A stretch of 64,000 nt of DNA from Octopus vulgaris (Eukaryota), in the NCBI GenBank assembly GCA_951406725.2, contig OX597820.1, positions 106,516,001 through 106,580,000 of the forward strand, in the 5' to 3' direction. The notes under the pieces were generated by a model. It worked only from the letters and a program-made list of their open reading frames with translations. It searched no databases and had not been told where the DNA came from. The position numbers and the translations under genes were made by a program. Positions 54,715 through 64,000 of this stretch are shown piece after piece. How positions within the stretch are numbered: position 1 is the stretch's first letter; each line of letters opens with the position of its first letter.

Positions 54715-56685
54715 CTTTCAAATTTTGGCACATGGTCAGCAACTTCAGAGGAAGGTGATTGTCAATTACATCATCGCCAGTACTCAACTGGTACTTATTT
54801 TATCAACACCAAAAGGATGAAAGGCAGTCAACCTCAGCAGAAATTGAACTCAGAATATGAAGATGGGTGAAATGTCACTAAGCATTTTGCTCAACATGCT
54901 AACGATTCTGCCTGCTCGCCGCCTTGACAAATAATATTAATTCAACAAATATATTTACAAACTCTATGACAAAAAAAAAATCTCTTGATTAGTGCCAACA
55001 GTTTCTTTAGAGGTTTATAGTGATTGTCCAAGAAATTAGATTAAAAAATTATTTCTAGTTTTTTATATCCTTGTTTTTTAAGTTAATCATGTTTTGTTAT
55101 ACACACATGAATCTATGAAGCCACTAATAATTGCTTTCTTTCATAGCTACATGCTTCCCTCCCCCACTCAAACACTAAAGCTGAAACAACATTTATTTTA
55201 TGCTAAGCAAGGCTCTAGTCTTCAGCAGAAGCACAATTGCTGCTATGCAGGTTGTTGACCAGAATCCTGCACCAAATCCTATATTCGAAAAAATTGAAGT
55301 CTTCACTTTCATTCTAATTATAATCAATGGTATTAAGATGATGATGATAGATGGATGATAACTGCTGGCACAAGGCCAGCAATCTTAGAGAAGGGCTTCA
55401 GTTGATTATATCAACTCCAGTGGCTCAACTGGTATTTATCTTATTGGCTCTGAAATAATGACAGGTGTGTCAACCTTGGAAGCATTTGATCTCTGAATGT
55501 AAAGAACTAGAAGAAATGAAGCTAAGCCTTTTTCTCCAATGTGCTTATGATTCTAACCTCAGTTCCAAATTTTGGCACATGGCCAGAAATTTTAAGAGGA
55601 AAGCGTTAGTCAATACCATTGATCACAAGACTTTTCTGGTATTATATCTTATTGACCCCTGGAAGGATGAATGATAAAGTTGAACACAAAACATGGAAGA
55701 AAAACCAGAAGAAATATTACTAAGAATTTTGTCTGACATGCTAACAATTCTGCCAGCTCAAGGAAGAAGTGTATTAAATTGAATCAACTCCATCAGTAAT
55801 TGGTTGATATTTTATTAATCTCAGAGGGATGGAACCAAAGCCAACCTCAATCTCATTTCAACACAAAATGTAGAATGACAAGCCTAAGCACTATACCACT
55901 ATACCACTTCTGCTAGTCTACCACACTAACAAGAAAAATAATTTCTAAGTACAGCACAGGTCCACAAATTTCAAAAAAGGGGTATAATAAATTAAATTAA
56001 GCCTAATAAATAATGAGTAACTGTTTCACCCAACTTAGAAGGAAAGGAAGGCGAAGTTGACTTGAATGAAGTGAAAAATCAGAATTTAACCCAGAGCATA
56101 CTCAATACTATACAGCATTTAGTCTGGAATATACCATTTTTCTCAATTGTTCATACTTAATAATGGTAATGTTTTCTAACTTAGTTACAAGGCCAGTAGT
56201 TTTGAAGGGTAGGAATAAGTTGAATGCTTGACTGGTACTTTATTTTATCAACCATGGAGAGATGAAAAGCAAAGTTGACCTCAAGGGATTTTGAACTCAG
56301 AACACAGCAACAGGTGAAATACCACTAAGCATTTAGCCCGGCATGCTAAAGAGTCTGCCAGCTCACCATCTTACCAATAATAATAATACCCCAGTGTCAC
56401 TTTGATGGCATGCACTGCTCTAAAATTCAATAATATTAATAATAATAATCATAATAATAATAATATTAATAATAATGGTTTCAAGTTTTGGCTCAGGGCC
56501 TGCAAGTGCAGGTGAAGGGTCAAATTGAACACATCAACTCCAGTGTTCCACTGGTATTTAATTTATCGACCCCGAAAGGATGAAAGGCAAAGTTGACCTA
56601 AGTGGAATTTGAACTCAGAACACAGAGACAGACAAAATGCTTAGCAGCATTTTGTCCAACATGCTAACAATTCTACTAGCTCATA
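54715..56685 (-). mobile_element. Array of family-3 SINE copies of differing decay
   Basis: Repeated AATTTTGGCACA...CAACTGGTACTTATTTTATC...GGATGAAAGGC...TTGAACTCAGAA...TTCTGCCAGCTC-like units. Confidence 0.7.
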
Positions 56686-56709
56686 GCCTTCTATGATGAT
56701 GATGATGAT

Positions 56710-56764
<55 letters not shown>

Positions 56765-57239
56765 GTCTTGGTATAAAAGATGGGCTACAGCAAATATTCT
56801 GCTCAATACCACAGATTTGCTTGTCAGTTGTTTGACCTTAACCAGTTGAGCATGTCCCTTAGTGGCTGACGATATGTGCATCTCTGATCACGAGCAGAAG
56901 TAGTGGGGGAGCATCATAGCCATGTGTTGAGAGGGATTCTTTGGGGTTTGAATAATTCACCTCTGGAAACATGGGTGGTTCTTTCAACATCCTTAAACAA
57001 CCCTTATTCAAGGACCTTTTGAGCGGGATGGGCTACTCAACCTGAAGAAAATTCTAACTGGGCCCCACCTGCAAGTTCATGTGCTGTTTATCTTGATATG
57101 AGATCACCATGTCGCGCACATATGGTTGTGATGCATATGCCTGGTGTACCTTTATCAGACGGGTAGTCATGATGGGTATATTGGGCTCCGTATATTTTAC
57201 CCCAGTGTCACTTTGATGGCATGCACTGCTCTCTCACTC

Positions 57240-57240
<1 letters not shown>
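56765..57240. mobile_element. Unclassified interspersed repeat inserted in (AAT)n
   Basis: A 475-bp GC-richer block flanked by (AAT)n on both sides. A 35-bp stretch near its end recurs exactly at 56387-56421, also within (AAT)n. Confidence 0.55.
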
Positions 57241-57278
<38 letters not shown>

Positions 57279-58250
57279 TTCTATCATAGGTATGTGAGCA
57301 CAAATTTTAGAAGAGGGCATAACCAATTTAATCAACCCTGTTCATAACTGGAGTTGATTAAAGACTGCAATTAAAAACCAATCATGGTCTTTATTAACAT
57401 TACATGTTAACAGAAGTCTCCGTAAACTACAACACCTACAAACTGTTTTAATTGCAGTAAACATTTGTAAGTTTTCATCTAATTCCCAATATAGCTTGAG
57501 GGCTACAATTTCTAATTACACACAAAGAACTGATCATAATTCTATATGGAATTAATTTCTACAGGTTTAGCAATTTCTTGCCAATAGTTCACAACCTATT
57601 ACACAGAAAAACAATGTCATTTTTTATTATTATTTTCCCAATTTCTTCTACAATTTGCTATCTTTAATTTATACATTATGCTGTGCATATGTGTACATAG
57701 ATACTCGGAGTACATAATTACGTAAGCAAAGGCATGGCTATGTGGCTAAAAAGTCTAGTTTCGAACAACACACTTTTAGATCAGTCATACTGTATAACAC
57801 ATTGGGCAAGTATATTCTACCATAGTCCTTGGCCAACCAAAGCTTTCTGAGATGTTGACAGAAAGTTAATGAAACCTGTCGTGTGTGTGTGCGTGCGCAT
57901 GCATGTGTGCGTGCACACCACTCATACAAGCATACAGCAACTGCCACACACAAGTGTTTGCATGTGCACGCACACGATAGCCTCACGCATACACACATCC
58001 ATATGCACAAAAAGCACACACTAGGTTACTTATACACATACATACATACAAACAAAGGTGCACATAATTTGCAGCTTACCCACACATACATTTACACACG
58101 CTTGCCCCCATTCACACATACACACACCTTCCTCAGATATACACACACGCTTGCACACCCAAGTTCAGCCAGGTCACCATTATTATTTTACTTTCACTCA
58201 GTTCTTTCTTTTCAGACGTCATCAGGAAAAGGTAATTTAAATTCCTTAAA

Positions 58251-59315
58251 ATGACATATCTATTGAACTTTCAAAGAGGTCAATTTGTTAGTGCTCGTAT
58301 GGCAGGCACTAGCATAACAAAAACAGCTGAAATGTTTGGTGTATCAAGAAGTACTGTCTCAAAAGTAATGACAGCCTTTGAGAAAGAGGTCAAAACCTCC
58401 TTGTCGAAACAAAACTCCGAAAGAAAACCGAAACTTTCAGATACGGACCGCTGGACTCTTACGTGAATTGTTAGAAAGGATCACAAAAGTACAGCTCCCA
58501 AAATTACTGCAGAGCTTAATGACCACCTCGAGAACCCAGCTTCCACAAAAACTGTTCACCAGGAGCTGTACAAAGCTAGATTTCATGGGAGGGCTGCAAT
58601 CAGAAAACCACTACTTTCAAAAATAAATGTTGCAAAGCATTTAGAGTGGAATAAGAACCTATAGAATTGGTCCCTAGAGCAGTGAAAGAATGGTATTTTC
58701 TCAGATGATTCATCCTTTACCTCATTTCTGACCACCGGCTGAGCATACATGCGGAGACAGCCAAAAGAAGCATTTGACCCAGATTGCCTTCTTCCAACTC
58801 TTAAACATAGAAGAGGATCTGTGATGATGGGGGGGGGGTCTATATCTTGGAAATCCACCAGCCCTGTGGTTTCCCATCATGGCAGAATTAATAGTCTGAT
58901 CAAATTCATCCTATGGTTGCAGAACTGTTTCCAGATTGAAACGCAATCTTTCAGGATGATAATGTACCAATTCACACAGCTAAAGTTGTTACTGAATGGC
59001 ACGAGGAACATTCTAGTGAAGTTGAACATCTTATCTAGCCACCACTGTCTCCAGATCTCAATATTATTGAACGTTTATGGTGCATTTTAGAAAAACAAGT
59101 AAGGAGTCGATATCTTCCACCATCATCACTACAAGAACAGGAGACTGTTTTAGCTGAAGAATGGACAAAAATTTCTTTGGAAACAAATTCAAATTTTGTA
59201 CGACTTCATACCTTGTAGAATTCAAGCTGTAATTACTGCCAAAGGCAGTCCTACCCATATTAAAATAAATTTGTTTGAAATTTTAAGATGTTTCCATTAT
59301 TTTGTCCAACCCTTG
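58251..59315 (+). mobile_element. Dead Tc1-family DNA transposon (transposase pseudogene + right terminus)
   Basis: HTH region (RGQFVSARMAGTSITKTAEMFGVSRSTVSKV), RKPLLSK, IFSDDS, FQDDNVPIH, PDLNIIE; several stops and frameshifts. Ends TTTTGTCCAACCCTTG|TA; left TIR not found. Confidence 0.9.
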
Positions 59316-61922
59316 TATGTATAACAAGGTTGTAATCTTTTGAATTACAGGTACTATGCTGCCTACAGGCTTCCATACAATTTTATCCATAAGACATGAA
59401 TTGACAGTTGACCTGAGGCTACAGAAAATTACATTTGCCCAGGATATCATACAGTGGCATTGGACCTAGGATCTGAGTTGCAAAGTGAACTTCTTAACCG
59501 TTTAGCCACTCTGCACCTATTTTATACAGTACACACCAAGAAATAATGATAAAACATTTTACAATGACAGCAGCCATCTTGAATAACAATAACTAGCATA
59601 ATTCTTTTTATTTGAAACCATTTAAATAAATTTACATTTAAAGAAATAAAAATTGACTAAGGGAGACAAATTTTCTTTTTTAATTGTTCAGTTTTGTTCT
59701 ATTTCCTGTAGCATAAATGCAATTTTCGAATTGATTTTTTTTACTTGCTCAGTTGCAAGCATCAGTTCAAATCAGAAACGGTACATAGCAGTTTCTTGCA
59801 TGACTTATTATGTAGAATCACTTAAGATATTAATATATACATTAAGGCGCTTGTTGTAAACTTTAAGTCTTGCTTTGAGACAAATACCTGCAAATCTGTG
59901 CGACAAACAAACAAAAAAAGATAAATAACAGCTGCAGCTAGAACAATGAATGACCCTAAATAACAAGTGCTGACAGTCATCCGAGAGCAACAACGACAAA
60001 AGACATCTAACCACTACAGCAGTTAATTGTCATCATTATTATTAACATTTAACTACATTTCTACCAACAATTTGTACTCAACCACATTTGCATTGAAAGT
60101 AATAGACAAAGACAAATGTAACAGCAAATAAAAAGAAAAAAAGAAACATATAATAACAACATTGTCAAAATTAAATGCCAATAAAAGGTATTATTCATAA
60201 ATTTATAAATGTAACAACAGAAAATACCAACAACTCCAGTACAATGTATCATTAAAAGCTTTTTCACATTATTTCTTTATATAAACATGAGAAGAGAATA
60301 ACAAAGCTTAATGGAGTAAACCTCAAGCAGCTGGTGGTTTCCAGTCAAATGGCAGAATTCATTCAGCAGAAAAGCAAGCTTAAATGCTGCCTTGAAGTTT
60401 AAGAATACAAAACTTTTCGAAAAAAAAACAAAAAACACTGTGTTGTGGCCCTCAGAACAACATTATTTAACAATTTTCTCCAGAGTAATTGACATTTGAA
60501 ACACTTATAAAGAATGATGAATTTGGGAGGGTTTTTGGCAATCCTCTGTATTTCAGCCAATTCAACTACTGATGGGACCAAAAACCTGAAAATCATGAAA
60601 TCAAGGGAATAAGACTGACATGGGTACAGAGCTGAACAGATGTAGGCCAATCTTTGGTTGAAACATATCTAAGTTATTTAAGTACTAATGTGAGTAGTTA
60701 TATAGCTCTTCCACAGTAAGAAACCTGTTCCCTTCTAACCATTTATCATTTAACATAAAGCCACCTCCCTCTCAACTACAGTCCCACTCAATCAAGGGTG
60801 ATCTTATGCTTGCAAGTTACAAGCCAACCTCACTAGTGCTGGTGGTATGAAAAGAGCACCCAGTGCACTCTGTAAAATGGTTGGCATTAGAAAAGAGATC
60901 TAGCCACTGAAACCATGCCAAAGTAAACACTGGAACACAAGGCAGTCCTCAAACCCATTAGAGCCTGTCAAACCTTCCAACACATACCAGTAAGGATATG
61001 CATGGAAAAAGATGATAATGATGACAACAACGACGATGACAATAATGATAATAAATATCTAAAAGTTCTGTCAGACAAGTTCAGCAGTCTGTCAACATCA
61101 TTAAGTCTGCTACATTTTCAGTTAACCAAACATCAACGGCACCATTCTTTTGACAAAGTTTTACTTCTACTTGTAGAACCAAGAGATGAGCAGCCAGCCC
61201 ATTTCAAAGTTTTAAGGTTGGTATTTCCATGGAGAAAAGGCTATCAGGCACCAGGAAGATATGAAGGAACTTCACTGAAATGCTAACAGAAAAATGAAGG
61301 ACAACCTAGAAACTCAGAGACCCTCTCTATCATGCCAAACATTTTACAGTGTAAACTGGGTGCCCTTTTTGTGCTACTAGCACTAATGAAATCACTATGC
61401 AGCTTGCAATACTATGAACCCCAAGGAGGGGGCTTTATGCTAGGAGATGAGGAGTAAAAGCATGAGCAAGGACCAGCGCAAAACAAGTTTCTTGTAGCTG
61501 TAGCTACATGTATAATCTTTACATCTCATGTAACTGTAGCTACACAAGATAAAATTAGTGAAGTGTCAGGGTAGACCTTCAAGGTACAAAGGGAGTTGTT
61601 TCTAGGATCATATAAACTTCCACTCAGGAGATGACAGGAGCAATCAAGTTGCAAAAATAACATTTGAAGATATTCTCTTTCCTGCTAAATATTGGTATTC
61701 AAGAAGAGAGAGACTGATATATGGTTAGTACAGAAGATAAAGAGGCTGGCATCTGGGTATTTATTTATGCATTAGTATCACCAAGATACAGCAGATAAAC
61801 AACTCCAATTTTCCCCCATTTTGAGCAGTCAGGCATCAAGACTTGCATAAAAATTTTCTAATCAGGATGATCTTTGCCAATTCATTAGGTGTGAGCATGA
61901 GGAAAAAAAAAAGAAATCAGCC

Positions 61923-62025
<103 letters not shown>

Positions 62026-62121
62026 GCGCATGCATGCCTGTGCACATGAACAAAGGTATGCATACATCTTTATTGGAAACTTAGAATACTTTGAAAAATT
62101 GCAAAATGGAAATAAACTCAC

Positions 62122-62297
62122 CTGAAGGACAGTGCTTTCATGTGGAGGCAAACACCCAAAACTCCAAACATCAACTGCTATATTGTTTTCTATTTTTTCT
62201 TCTATTGCAGTGAAACATTTGCTTCCTTCTTTTGCAAGGCAAGAATTATTGACGACAGCTCCTGCACAAGGATTGCAGAAACACAATAATGAATCCA
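62122..62297 (-). CDS. BMPR1: BMP type I receptor exon (ectodomain N-half); first coding exon found in the window
   Basis: tttcag|(x)DSLLCFCNPCAGAVVNNSCLAKEGSKCFTAIEE...SFGCLPPHESTVLQ|gtgagt. With the next exon it gives the 10-Cys Tkv-like ectodomain. It starts in phase 1, so an upstream signal-peptide exon is needed. Confidence 0.92.
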
Positions 62298-64000
62298 CTG
62301 AAAAAGGAAATGAAATACAAATTTATAAAGGCATAAATAAATACTTGTAATAGACAAGACTTCTTTTAATACATTGTAAGTTACAACCATTATCAAGACC
62401 ATGCTGGGAAAGATGAGGATGATTCCTTTAACCATTTTGTTACCATATTTCTATTGAAATATACCCTGTATTTTTCAATTGATTTAAGAAATAATGAATA
62501 ATATAGTAAAATAGCTTTACTGTTATTAAGCAGATGATTGGAGCCAGATAGATCTGGATGAAAAGAGGTAATTGGTGGGGTCAGTAGAATACTGTTTAGT
62601 ATTGATTAACATGGGTCAGGATCAATTGGATGAGGATGTATGTTGAAAGACCCAAAACACCCAGTGACTCTAGGATGCAACACTGACAATGTGTCCAAGC
62701 ACTGTTTCTGTATGTGTATACTGAACTTAAATTGCAACCCTTATTGAGATGACATTTTGGGTCTCTATTCTTTTAACCCTTTTGTAACCACATTGTTGAA
62801 ATATACTTTTTATTTCGATTCATTCCAAAAATAATGAAAAATGTAGTAAAATAACTGTTGTTATTAAGCTCATGTTTGGATCAAAAATTAACATGAAATT
62901 TTGACTTGGATCACTTTAAAACAGAAAGCTTGTACCACAGAACCAAAAGCAGTCTTGGGCAGAATAGGATCAAAGATTAAAAATTTTATTTTTTTTTAAA
63001 TTCTGATTTATTTTTGCATGATACTTGCCCAATTGTCTTAATGTCTTATTAGGAGATTAATTACTAAGATATCTATATCTATAAAAGGAAAGTGTGAATA
63101 GCTGAGCTTAAAGAACTTTGAAAAACAAACAAGGTGTCAGAAGATTGTATTCTGTTGTTAATACTGTAGTGTGTCCATGGCCAACACACTTGCCTAACTC
63201 TCAAATGGTTCAGTATATCCATGTAAAACTGGTAAGTATTGACTTGCAATGCTAAATTCAATTCTTGTTGTGGGGAAAGGTTACTAAGATAAACTGATCT
63301 ATCCAAGGAAAGATTTTTCTGATCCCACTTCTGATCCTACAGTAATCAGAGATAAACCTAAAAAAATTGTATGCATGACCCTGAACTAACATACACACAC
63401 ACACCACACTACACCACATGCATGCACACACACACACAAGGAAGACTATTACTGACTATTAATAACATTGTGCACTCAAAACAAATTCATACTTGTGGCT
63501 CCATTGGTGACTAATGACCCCAGCCCTTGATAAATGTATATGTCCACAGATATTGCAGACAAAGCTTCCCCCATTCACTACACTGGCAGTGCATTTTCGA
63601 GCAGCTTGCTTAAATTCGGCATGAAAAATGCATATTTCTTTTTAATACCCATTCCTTCCTTTACTTGTTTGCTCCATTGATAGCAATGACAAACAGTGCT
63701 TTCCCAATTGACCTCCCAAATTTCACATACTTTAAACAATCCTTAAACTGTAGCCTTGGTTTCTGCTGGTAGTGCTTTCCACAGAAAAATTTGTCATATA
63801 GTATCTGCTTAGGGATCCTCCAATCATGTATCCAAACAATGTAAACAGTGCTTGTGCACCATCACCTCAATTCTTAGGATGTGGGCTCCTCTCAAGACCT
63901 CTGTGTCTCAGACATCTCTGATGGAAGTGTTCAAGGACACCTACATGATGCCTGTAAAGGGTTTATGTCTCACATAAGTAAATGAATAATGTCAATGTCA

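Noticed and set aside
62298-64000. Signal-peptide/first coding exon of the receptor
   Set aside because: No convincing ATG-hydrophobic segment ending in a phase-1 donor was found; it probably lies beyond the window.

Overview
AT-rich, microsatellite- and SINE-dense animal DNA. The repeat families look like those of coleoid cephalopods (probably Octopus; inferred). One host gene is supported: a minus-strand BMP type I receptor (BMPR1/thickveins, ALK3/6 class). It has 10 hand-assembled GT-AG coding exons between 62297 and 21244 (about 481 aa); the signal-peptide exon was not found in the window. The kinase keeps its catalytic motifs, but the Smad-specificity L45 loop has a 4-residue deletion (ADIKGT----QL versus ADIKGTGSWTQL) and the P+1 loop reads GTKLY instead of GTKRY. 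The rest is transposon-derived: two decayed RTE LINEs, a non-autonomous Helitron (2345-6238) with a decayed PIF1 helicase, a dead Tc1 element, piggyBac- and pogo-like MITEs, and several SINE families. Three palindromic elements carry minimal hammerhead-ribozyme cores or remnants of the Penelope-like type; one lies in sense orientation just upstream of a receptor exon. Most ORFs in the supplied track are microsatellite artefacts. All assignments were made by eye, with no database search.
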